DNA of 56,664 bases, counting the filler, from Sphacelaria rigidula (taxonomy: Eukaryota), in assembly GCA_964200075.2 (NCBI GenBank). It is 3 parts of 3 records of this genome, joined end to end, with 100 filler letters (N's around TTAATTAATTAA, not from the genome) between each part and the next. Parts side by side here need not be neighbours in the genome. Positions count along the whole stretch, not along the records: positions 18,929 to 37,747 come from CAXNAA020000782.1; 2 more parts are not named here. One strand, 5' to 3'. Positions 25,051-35,955 of this stretch are shown piece after piece. The notes beneath the pieces were generated by a model. The model made no database searches. It saw only the letters and a program-made list of their open reading frames with translations, and was not told where the DNA came from. Every line of letters begins with the position of its first letter. Positions within the stretch are counted from its first letter, which is position 1. The position numbers and the translations under genes are program-made.

Positions 25051-27339
25051 CGTAATCTGTTACAATGTTGACGCATCGAAACACCATACGACTCGTAATA
25101 CGTTTCGGCGGAAACGCCGTCAAACACTCCACTATGGCCCCTCCATCAAAACTTTAGCTGAAGATCACGGACACTACCTTCAATACTTAGCCGTACCTGA
25201 TGTCCACCAGTGATTCTTTCCAGTGCAAAATTACGAACTGAAAGGAAGCCACACAGTCGAATCGCCCCCCCACCCCCCGAGTATTACGGAGGTTTCCGGT
25301 TTTCATGCTTGCGAGAAACGGAACAACATTGAACACTGCTCCTCAACTTAATAGAAAAGCCGGGAAACAAGAGCTGACCGCGCGTTCGAGTGGCTTGAAA
25401 ATGATCTTGGAGGGTAAAAAAATGCTACCTCTCGGTGATACTGTTTCGTTTCAATACTGACCGAACATAAACAGCAATCCGTCTGGGGAATACTGACCAA
25501 TCGAAACCAGTTGCTACAGAGCACAGCGAGGGTAAGGTTCGAGCCATGTTTGAGGGACGTTCCCAATACCGTTCTGCGAGTGTTGAGAAGTATTCCGATT
25601 GGTACTGAGTGCCGCGTGCTGCATGAACGTGCACCGATCATCGTGTGTTCTGCGGAAAAGCTTGTGAGAGATACATGGACCAAGTCAAAGATTACCGTTT
25701 CCATGGGCGTCGACGTCCCTTTCCCTCCGCTTCCTCGTGCAAGACGTCACTATCTTGTACTAGCTGTACCGTTACAATCCTCTCCGGTAAAACGACCTCA
25801 GTTGTATCTCGAAAGCTAAGAGTGCATGGAACATCATTTCAGTGCGAGATACTGGCTTCCGGTCACGTTGTCAAATCTCGAGTGTTGTATGCCACATCGC
25901 GTCCGGTTTATGGAAACACATGTACGTCTGCTCCCACGCCACTTAGTTTGCCATTTCGACGTGATCCGATCTTTTGGTTGTTGGTGTGATACACTCACCA
26001 GGACTGGCGTGGGAAGCGAGCAGTCACTACAGCCTTTTTGAAGTTCCCTCCGAATCTACTTTTAACACTTCGTGCTTTCAAAAATTGAAAAGCCGACGTC
26101 GGTGGGATGACGACAACACACGACAGGTACATCACATGAGAGTACGCAGTGACAGTACCTTGGACAGTGTTGTGCAGCCATAATAAAACAAGTCGGCGAG
26201 AAGAAGTGCAGACAGGAAGGGGGCTGCCTTCGAGGTCAATTTCAAAGAGGCCTTCAAACCACAATTACTGTACTGCCTATTTTGTAGAGTGATGGGTGTT
26301 CGAGCGCCAGTTTCCCGTGTAAGCATGGAAGCGGGAACAGCACAAACGCGCGTCATCTCGCTGCAAGGCATGCAGTAGAGTACGGTAGAGGATCGCTGTG
26401 CCGTTTGTCGCTGCCACAGCTAGAGCCCACCATAAAACGGGGTACTGGACACAGTACATGTACTGCAGGCAAGGCTGAAGCAGCAGGGGCACCAGCGAAA
26501 GTGCTCGGGATGTCCCAACAACGGTAGCGGTACCGGACCACCAGGTCCCGGCATCAAACACCGAGTCAACAAGATATCGAGACACAAGAGCATGAAACCA
26601 TGGACCTTCCTGTGCAGTGCAGAGCTGCATACAAAAAGCAGCCTTTGCTGCACTCTAACAGGCCCGCGGCACGCTCGGACTACGATACGACAGTCAGTAC
26701 AGAGCAGTGCAGATCGAAGATGACGGTGCCATTTGGTCAAGAGACGGGTGGATAAACGGCGACCCACTGCTCCGCTGCACGGCACGGTGGTACAGCTAAG
26801 GGTTGCAAATAACACCAGCATCGATATCCAATACGACCATGCTTACAATCTCGCAGCTGTATCCTCATGCTCGACCATCCCACGCTCACACACCTTGTTC
26901 AAGAGACCTGCAAGCGCTGTTCGCCCAGATGAAGGATGTGTTTCAAACCTCCAGAATCAGGCTACACCCCCTTTCCCCCGACACAAAGCCGCCGTGGGCT
27001 TACTCGCACCTTTGTTCTTCGGCATGGTGGTGTCTTGTTTCCTTCCTCAGGCTGAAGCTTTTCTCAGTAGAACAGAAAGCGTACGCTCGCTGCTCTCTTC
27101 TCCTAACTGATGCTTACCTCAACGCTGACAGACACACAGGTCAGACACACCAAAGCGAATGGGTCCCCACCCAGGGCGTCTTCCCTGAGTAGTTTACGTA
27201 TGTCATCATCAAAACGCCTGACAATAAAATCGAAAATAGTACGGGGACAAAAATATGTGTATCCCCGACTCGAAAATCACGCCGCCAGGAGAGGGCGCAA
27301 CTACTGGCTGGCCTCGGGCTGTCTTATCACCTACCATTA

Positions 27340-27350
27340 CTCTTTTTCTC
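27340..27350 (+). promoter_or_regulatory. Pyrimidine tract (TCT/5'TOP-like) upstream of the RPS4 start
   Basis: CTCTTTTTCTC ends 28 nt before ACC-ATG|GTGAGT. Confidence 0.5.
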
Positions 27351-27378
27351 GGGTAACCCCCCAACCAGCTAGGACACC

Positions 27379-30300
27379 ATGGTGAGTTCCCGAAGGAAGC
27401 AAGGCTGCTGCTACTGAGAGCCGTCTGTGTTGTTCCTAGAGATCATGCTTGCTTGCTTGACACGGAATTGCGAAAGCTGATGCGAATGGTTTGAGATTCT
27501 GCCCTTGTGATGATGGCAGCTTTTGAGGTACTCATCATCTCTGTTGCGCAGTGAAGGAAATGCCGCGGCTCATCGTCTGCCGTGGTTTGCGCTGAAAAGA
27601 CAGTGTTGGCACCGTTTACTGAGGTGGCATTCGGCCATAATGTCCATGTCAATTTATCTCATGAGTTCAGCTTGAGCTGTCGGTGCCCCCCACTCAAGAT
27701 TTGTAATGGACGCAGCGGACTCAAATTGTTTCAGGTAGGCAGGTCGGTAGTAGAAAATAACATGGGCCCGCCCCTGTAAAGCATATACGGCACTGTGCCC
27801 GCCGTGCACCACACAACAGCGTAGCACAGGCCGATAGCCTCGATCGCCTCTCGGAGGCTACGATGTCCGCAGTACATGTGTTCCCCTAAGCTCATAGTTG
27901 TGAGAGTAACTTTTGTTACACACCGTGTTGATCAACAGGGCTAATGTGCGGTTGGTTGGCCGATGAAAAAGCGCAGCAATCGTGCTCAACAGTACATTAC
28001 ACGACGGTCAGTACAGACAGTCCATCAGTCTCCATGTAATCCTTGAGAGGCTTACATAGGTTGTATATTACAGTAGTGTCCTTGGCCTCAACACGGGGTG
28101 CTCATTCTGCTCGTCATGTAAGCCCATTCGGCACTAGATCAGTCGTACCCAACCATAATGTCTTGACGGTGTTGGACACAGTGCGGGGTGTGCTACACGC
28201 AGTAGTAGCTGTTGGGTGTTATCAGTGGACTCCAGAGTGTCCATTACCTGTTTCGGGATGGCGTTGCCCCTGACTACACATCCCGGTTGAGGACGGACAG
28301 ACGAAATGGGGGTCAAGCTGCGGACACGAAGAAGCTCTGGAATTCAGCGGGGGAGGTACCACTGCAAGGGAGGGCACGCATGATCGCGGAATGGTCGACG
28401 GGTTGGGATGCGAAGCTGATCGGACAATCAGCAGCTCTCGCCGGAGTTCTGTGACATGAATCACGGGATATAACACCCCCTCTCCAGTATTTATTCAATA
28501 CTTTTGAACCTGTATTTTCTCGATACTATGGTCGGCAATACTATGGTAGAGTACGCAGCCATAACCCGCGTCGCGGTGAACACCGTCGCGTTGTTTCTCC
28601 TGCGCCCAAGAATATCTCTTCTTGAACATCGAGGTCTATCCTCGGGCTGGAACCTCCGCCTGTCACGAAAGTTGCTTTACGTCGCTCACGTCACATATGT
28701 ACAATCGTCGCGCACATCTTACGGCGCGCTCGTTGACGAGTGAGACCGAAATCCGCAATCGTGCAGACACGAGGCTCCGATGACCGATTATGACATTTTC
28801 TCACGCTTCCCCAGGCACCGCTCTAGCTGCATGATTGGACTTGATCGCAACCCGTTGCGACATATAAAAAAAATTAGGGCTCACCGAGCAGTTCGTACGT
28901 GCCCTGTAGCGTAGTATTGACTAATGGCGTATCACACTTGGCGTTTTTCAAATCAGCTTCCACTCGTGATTCCACGAGTGGCGTCACCTGCTCCGTCCCT
29001 AATGCCCTCCCGGCGTTTGAAAGGACAAACTCGGAAAGGAGTCCCGCGTCCGTTACAATCATCTCGTATATTTGGATGCCGATCGCCCAATTTATCGTAC
29101 CATGCGTTGCCTTCGAACTGCTCTCGCGTATGATCCGTCTTGACCTTTCGACGCTTTGCCGTAGCCCTACCTCAGTGCCATATGAACATTTCCGCTGTTT
29201 TCTGCCCCATGCGGTTTGCAGGGTCGCGGGCCCAAGAAGCACTTGAAGCGCCTGAATGCGCCCAAGCACTGGCTGCTTGGTAAGATGGACGGGGTGTGGG
29301 CGCCCAAGGTGAGGAACAATCTGTTGACTTCAAGTTGGATCCCACATTCCACGAACATTTTCTCCCAGCACGGTTGCAAGTGGAAAAAACACGTACATTT
29401 CATGTCGGTTCTGCCGTTGTAGATGCAGAGATTGGGACGTGGTATTGGGTCTTGAATGATGAAAGACCATGATGAAAATATGACGTGCGTTCATGCGATG
29501 AGGTCACGACTGCATTTCACCGTCGCGTATTATTTGAGTACTGGGAGGTCGAATACCCGACATATTGCACTCATTTTCACGAAAAATGTTGGCGGTTGCA
29601 ATACGAGGGACATTTCTGATAATCGCGTGGCCACCTTTCTGAATCAGATGCATATCTTTAGATCCGCGCGTACACATTCACAAACTCCGTTGTTTCTGCT
29701 TTTTTCCCGTTTCTACCCTTTCTTTATTTGTCGTTAGCCCTCCCCCGGACCTCACCCAGGAAGGGAGTGCCTGCCCTTGGTAATCATCATCCGGAACAGA
29801 CTGAAGTACGCGTTGACCATGTCTGAGGCCAACATGATCTGCATGCAAAAGCTCATCAAGGTGGACGGAAAGGTTCGCACTGACGTGAACTTCCCCGCTG
29901 GATTCATGGGTGGGTACTTCGCTCAAAATGATGTGAAAATAATTTCATGCCCAAACTTATTTTCTTTCCATGGGTGTGTGAACATCTGAGACCGACACGA
30001 GGTGCTTCGTTCGCGTGTGGTCTCTAATGATACCAAGAAACGCGCAGCAGTTCTTGCATGACGACGGTCTGACGCCACTTTTGACTCGTCGAAACCGTGA
30101 GGTGATAATTTGGACCCGTGGACAGAAATGTATCGACTATTGCGCACATGGCGACAGACGAAGGATCTTGAACTGTACGCGGTACACTTCATGACGAAAG
30201 GTTTTTGTAAATGACATTTTTCTTTCCTTGGAGCATTTTTGACGTCAACGGACAGCTGAGCCCGTCATGCACTATGAGAAATTTGGTGGAACCTTGCCAA

Positions 30301-33300
30301 TTCTGCCCACTGGGTAAGCCTCTGAGCGGTACGTCCGGTCGTGTTTTCAGCTGGCACTACATGCGGCCCCGTGCAAAAATCTAGGAGCGAGTCACATTAT
30401 CTGATATCATGATCGGTAGTCAAACGACCGTAGAAACGACCAGTGTCGACGTATGCGGTCTTGATCCGACCGTCTCGAGCACAGTTGGGACGGGCATCCG
30501 AGTGGCGGGGAGATGGAGCGATAACTCGTCCTTCGCTCTGCATACCCTCGTTTTGTGTTTTTGGACCCCCCAAAAGTAGGCTGTAGTGCTCTATTTTGTC
30601 CTCTGAGTGCCCTGCTTTTTACATTTGTGGCTCGGCATTTTGGATGTCTCACACCCTCGACAGCATGTGGTTGATTGTTGCAGTGGAAAAAAGTGTACTG
30701 CGTACATGTACCTCACGCAGCACATTTTTTTAATCGCAAGTACTGAGAACATATTGTTCATGGTATTTACTCTTATCGGTCCCTCGAAAGTTTTTCCACC
30801 ACGCTCCTGCAAATTGATTTGTGGTACAAAAAGTGGTGGATCATGTGACGGTCAGGTATTCATTGGGGGCGTCGATAATGGCTCTGACGGGGGGTAGAGT
30901 CTGCCCACGCTACAGTAGGTCGTGGGGAAAAGAACACCGAGAAAGGTACTGGGAACGAGAAATACGTTTCCTAAACTAGCCTCCTTCGAGATCTCGGGGC
31001 TTGAAAACGTATTTCGTGTTTCAACTTTCCTCCGTGAAACGGTATTATTTCAAGGACGGGTCGAGTAAAGTATACTTGAACGCGGGGTATTTCGAAAGAC
31101 ATACTTGGAGTACTCTAGTTGGGGTAGAGTGCTGGAAGTCGTACCCATATAGTAGCTGGGAAGCGATTCCTGAAACCCTGCCACCAAGCTGTGTACTCTG
31201 ACTTCGACTTTCGAAATATCCGGCAATTGAGTATACTCTACTCGACCTACGCTTTCATCATTTGAACAAAATGTTTTCGGTCTTGCGGTATCCTGTGAAT
31301 ACAAATCTACTACACTCCGCAAGGATCATGTGTGGAAATTACAACCTCAATACCATCTTCCGTATGAGGACACACGCCATATTTGGATCAGAGAAAGTGC
31401 GGACGACGTCAACCATTCGGCACCTTGAACGCTATTGATGACTTTGTACGTGCTTCGTATTCCCAACTGTCCGATGTAAGCTGCGTCGGTCGACACGATT
31501 TTTCTTCGCTGCAGAGGCACCTTGTAACCTACCCTAGAAGAAAGAGTTTCTCCGTGAAATCGGGTCAACCGGAGCAATTTGTCGTCATCGTAGTGGGATC
31601 CCGTGATTACAAATCTATGCACCACTCCGCAAGGCGTATGTGTGGAAACAACACCTAAACACCATCTTTCGTATGAGGATCCCCTCTGTGAGAGACATTG
31701 ATGCGCAAAGGACGTGAATCAATCGACTGCGTCTATTCTGCTGTGTTCCAATTTTTGTGTAGAATTGAGTGAACAAGCGTCTGTGCGTGTTTTCGTTTGT
31801 GTCTGATATATCCGTGGTTTTGCGTCGATCGAAACGAGATGATTCTACTAAGAGCGAGATCCCGTGATTACAAATCTATGCACCACTCCGCAAGGCGTAT
31901 ATGTGGAAACAACACCTGAACACCATCTTTCGTATGAGGATCCTCTCGCTGCTCACCCTTGACAGCCGAACAGTAGCCATGGCTTCTGGAACCTGGACCG
32001 ACTCTTTTCCCCTATTTGATGCTGCATCTGCAACGGAATTCATCCGGTACCGTACGGTCGGCATTATTGTACCTTTTCTGCCGTCGCTTATGCGACGAAC
32101 CGTTTTCTTCGCTGTGGCTATTTGCTGGCCGGAGTGACTTTCAGGCACAACACACGATTGAACTCATGCATCGTAGGGTCTAACCAATCGCAAATCATGT
32201 CAATGTTCTGTGTCTTCCTCGTCGTGGGAGGCCACACTGTATCCCCCAAACGTACTGAGTTTTTTCACGGCATGCGAGAAGATTGTTGGATTTCGTCTGG
32301 TCTAACCACTCTGCGGTTATGAAACCCTCATGTGTCCCTGAGACGGTACGAACATGTGGCAGATGAACGTCCGTGCAACTCGCGATCCCCGTGGTGTATC
32401 TAGCCCGGCTGTATCGTCGTTTATCCTGTGAATTTAAACCTGTGCACCACTCCAAAACGAAGTGATGTGCCAAACACCTGTTGACACCAAATGTCACAAA
32501 ATGAGAACAAGCAACCACGCGGACATGTGTGTAAGCACCTGGTGGCCGATGTGAACAAGTGGTGCAGCTCCACCCCACGCTAAACCCGTTCTATGGGAAA
32601 CTGATCCATGTGTCACTGCTCCGAACGCTTTGATTTCGTGCATGAGCTTTTTTTTCATGATTGCGAAGTGCCGCGCTACCGGTGATCCATGCCTGACTTC
32701 AATTTCACCTGCGATTATAGGCTCTCCCATTGCCTGTTTTTCTTCTGGTGCGTGTGTGCGCAGACGTTGTGCAGATTGACAAGTCTGGCGACCTGTTCCG
32801 TTTGTTGTACAACACGAAGGGACACTTTGTTCTCCACCGAATTTCCCCCGAGGAGGCGAAGTTCAAGCTCTGCCGCGTCAACAAAGTGAGCGCATGTACC
32901 GCTACGGAACGGCTTCAAGGCTCGAAGTTTCACCACGGTTTCCAGTGGAGAAGAATCACACTCACAGCTGAAAATTGAAATACAGTCGACACCTGATGCA
33001 TATATCATCGCATGTTCCATTCAACGTCCCTTCCCGTCAGTCCTGCACAACTTCAGTGTCCTTTGCAATTCCCAATGGAGGATGTTCACGAACTAGTTAC
33101 TCTACACTTTTTGACACCAAAAGTAAGCCTCAAGGATCACCCGTCATGTCCGTGATTAGCTCACTTCCTATACGTGAATGTTTATCCGGGAATATCGCAC
33201 CTCGCGTTCATTTGTAAACGGTAACTGCTGCGGTCGAGAAGTCTACGCCGTCTATGATGCAAACCATGACCTGCACGGGTCATGATAATACATGAAGTGT

Positions 33301-35955
33301 TCTGCGAGCTAGGCGGCAGTTCGTTGCGTCCAGTGCCGAAGGGAAGCCTCGGCGTTCGGATCACCTGGCGGGCACAGGTTCAACCATGAGCGATTCAAAT
33401 GCCGAATGACCATTTTTCATTCGTCACGCCCTGCGTTTTTTTCCTCCGTCGTGCAGGTGGAGTTCACGAAGAACAAGATCCCATATCTGGTCACCCACGA
33501 TGGACGCACCATCCGTTACCCGGACCCCCTCATCAAGGTGAGAGGAAGCAAAATAGGCCGATGGTTCTCGTGAGTCCGTCTGGCTCCTCATGTTGTCTTC
33601 ACATGAATGAAAGCGTTCCGATTTCTTGGCCGCACATCCGTGATGGGAGTCTGATGCGGACGCCCCCTGTGTTCACAGGTCAGCCACCTATGATGCACTT
33701 CGAGGAAATCGAACAAGGAAACAGTAAACAACTGGTATACCTGAAGGTATCCGGTGCCGCAGGTTACTATTTGGACTTGGGGGGGGGCGGTGGCCGATTG
33801 GACTTGGGGGGGGCGGTGGCCGACCTAACTCTACGCGTGAGAACAAGTAGAAACAAATACAGGGTCAAACCACGGACCAAACTCAATGCCCGAAGACCAC
33901 CAACCAAAATACTGGGAAAGTGAGGTTCTATTCGTCGATATCCCGAGAGAAATACGTACAAACATACAAGGCATATCAAGACGAGCTCCGCATGACCAAG
34001 CAACACCTCATCGGGGGAGGTCACCCCGCTTCTCCTTTTCTGTAATATCGGCATTGCGGAGTCGGCTTCGTTGATGTCCCGCCAATCGCACGCAGTGGGT
34101 CGGCCCCCCCTTTATTCCCGTGCCATGAGGTCATGAACCTCTGCCCTCCCTGCAGCACTGACGCACGCCACGGCATCCCCCCTTCCTCATCCCCTGCTGA
34201 GGGCCAGAGGACGCGGTCATTTCCGAATGTCTGACGATTTTCACCCGTGGAGCTGCATGTGGCTCCGGAAACTTGAAGATCGTCTCCCAGACGAGTCGGC
34301 CTGTTTCGTTTCGGGCGCCCATGTCCTGGGTTCTCCTCCCCCCCATAGTGTTTTCCACGACGTTTGCATCAGTAGTCATCCGTCTCTTGTGTGGTGAGTG
34401 CTCCCGCGAATAGCACTCACCGTTGCCCTGACTAGACAAGCGGACGGACGATTACCGATGCAAACGTCGTGAAGAACACTGGTTGGGGGCTGAAGAACGT
34501 AGGACAATTGTGCCCGGAACGAAACTGGCCGAAGTGCCATGAAATAATGTCCAATCTTTCGGAGCCACTTACAGCTCTACGGACGACGATCGTCAGACAC
34601 TCGGAAATTATGTGTTCTCTGGCCCTCGGCAGCGAATGAGGAGGGTGGATGCCGTGGCACGCGCCAGTGCAGCGGGGATCGCAGAGGCCCATGACCTCGT
34701 GGCACGGAAATGAAGAGGAGACTACCCCACTGTCCTTGATCGCGTGCGTTCACTTGACCGATCTGTAAAGCTCACCACGCCCTGTAGCCGTGTTTGGGTT
34801 GACACGGCATGAAGAAGCAGGTACTCACCATCACTTGAGATGGTGTTGCAGTATACGCTGTCGCCGCCTTTTGTCGAGTTTCGGCCACATCTCATGGTGT
34901 ACACCTGCATGGCTCTTCACTGCTAGATTGGATCACTTTCGAGTCAACATGGTGTTGAGTGCTACTTCCATGGATCTAATTTTCCACAACAAGCGGAAAT
35001 TGTGGAATACTTATTTGTCGTCTTCGTTGCACAGGACGGCGGTATATAGACATCGGTTTTTACAGTAGCTGCCCTTGAGCTTCACTTATCTATCCCACAT
35101 TATTCTTGGGAAAAAAATGAAGAAAGGAAAATCGGCGTTTTGACCATAACTGGGCAACAGGTGAACGACGTGATCAAGGTGGATCTGGAGACGGGAAAGC
35201 CGATTGAGGTCATCAAGTTCGAGATCGGCAACGTGTGTATGATCTCAAGGGGCCGCAACGCTGGGCGTGTTGGGGTGATGCAGCACATCGAAAGGCACCC
35301 TGGATCGTTCGACATCGTGTCCGTCAAAGACGGGGCTGGACACGTGTTCGCCACCCGGCTGCAGAACATCTTCACCATGGGCCACGGCACCCGCACCATG
35401 GTCAGTTCTTGCTCAGACCTGTGGGTCGGTGTCGGTGTCTTATCCCCCCACACCACGGAGGTTTATCACTGGGAATGCATGCGTTTTGGGTGTCCTGCCC
35501 AATTCTCCTCACGATACTTGTCTGATGTTCTCGATTTCTTTCGAGCCCTGAATTGTTTGTGTGGTCGGGCGTGAGGTCGAGGTCCCGCGTGCCTGCAATA
35601 CTATCACTCCCTCCTCGTGCCTGTCTCTGTCGCACCCCTATGGCGAGTCATGTTCCTGGGCCTTGACATCTGCCATGACACTGAGAAATGCCGATGCCGT
35701 GCCGCTGAATGTAGTTACAGACACGTTCATATACTACTGTGGGCAAAACAGACGGTGAGCATCCTTATTTTGTGCTTGTCGGTACCGTCGCCTGGACATG
35801 CATACCATGTGGCACACTCATGTACAAACTCGTTTGTGTTGATGCTGTCGCGTGTGCTTTATTGACGACAGGTGTCGCTTCCTAAGGGTAAGGGCATCAA
35901 GCTCAGCATCCTCGAGGAAAGGGCGGCGAAGGTCAAGAAGGCGTTGAACAACTAG
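27379..35955 (+). CDS. RPS4: 40S ribosomal protein S4 (eS4), 7 exons (27379-27381, 29222-29308, 29738-29909, 32764-32885, 33457-33537, 35161-35400, 35872-35955), 262 aa
   Basis: [104 protein letters not shown]. All junctions GT-AG and in phase (789 nt). The ATG-only first coding exon is the least certain part. Confidence 0.96.
31288..31373 (+). ncRNA. Degenerate copy of the dual-guide C/D snoRNA
   Basis: Aligns end to end with 31595-31683, but box C is GTGAATA and both guides are mutated. Confidence 0.5.
31595..31683 (+). ncRNA. Intronic box C/D snoRNA, SNORD32/U32-like targets (SSU Gm1271 and LSU Am807 equivalents, yeast numbering)
   Basis: 7-bp terminal stem GGGATCC/GGATCCC; box C GTGATTA (31603-31609); box D ATGA (31673-31676). 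Guide CACCATCTTTCG is antisense to LSU CGAAAGAUGGUG. Guide CTATGCACCAC is antisense to SSU GUGGUGCAUGG (one G-U). Confidence 0.8.
31853..31950 (+). ncRNA. Second intact copy of the same box C/D snoRNA
   Basis: Core differs from 31603-31676 at two non-guide positions. It has its own extended terminal stem, AGCGAGATCC / GGATCCTCTCGCT. Confidence 0.8.
32421..32510 (+). ncRNA. Highly diverged fourth snoRNA copy
   Basis: TCCTGTGAATT...CTGTGCACCACTCC...AACACCTG..ACACCA...ATGAG. The SSU guide could still pair through G-U; the LSU guide is lost. Confidence 0.4.
34104..34720. mobile_element. ~615-bp foldback element in RPS4 intron 5
   Basis: Near-continuous imperfect inverted arms of ~280 bp, e.g. 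CCGTGCCATGAGGTCATG / CATGACCTCGTGGCACGG and CACGACGTTTGCATC / GATGCAAACGTCGTG. Confidence 0.85.

Noticed and set aside
25500-27110. Several 100-130 aa ORFs upstream of RPS4
   Set aside because: No recognisable domain and no consistent splice model.
29448-29506. Two perfect ATGATGA boxes in RPS4 intron 2
   Set aside because: No suitably spaced D box with a recognisable rRNA guide; the only closed unit is ~40 nt.
31010-31475. Short rRNA-antisense matches (CGTGTTTCAA, GACGGGTCG, CCCAACTGTCC)
   Set aside because: Not in a coherent C/D architecture; lengths are compatible with chance.
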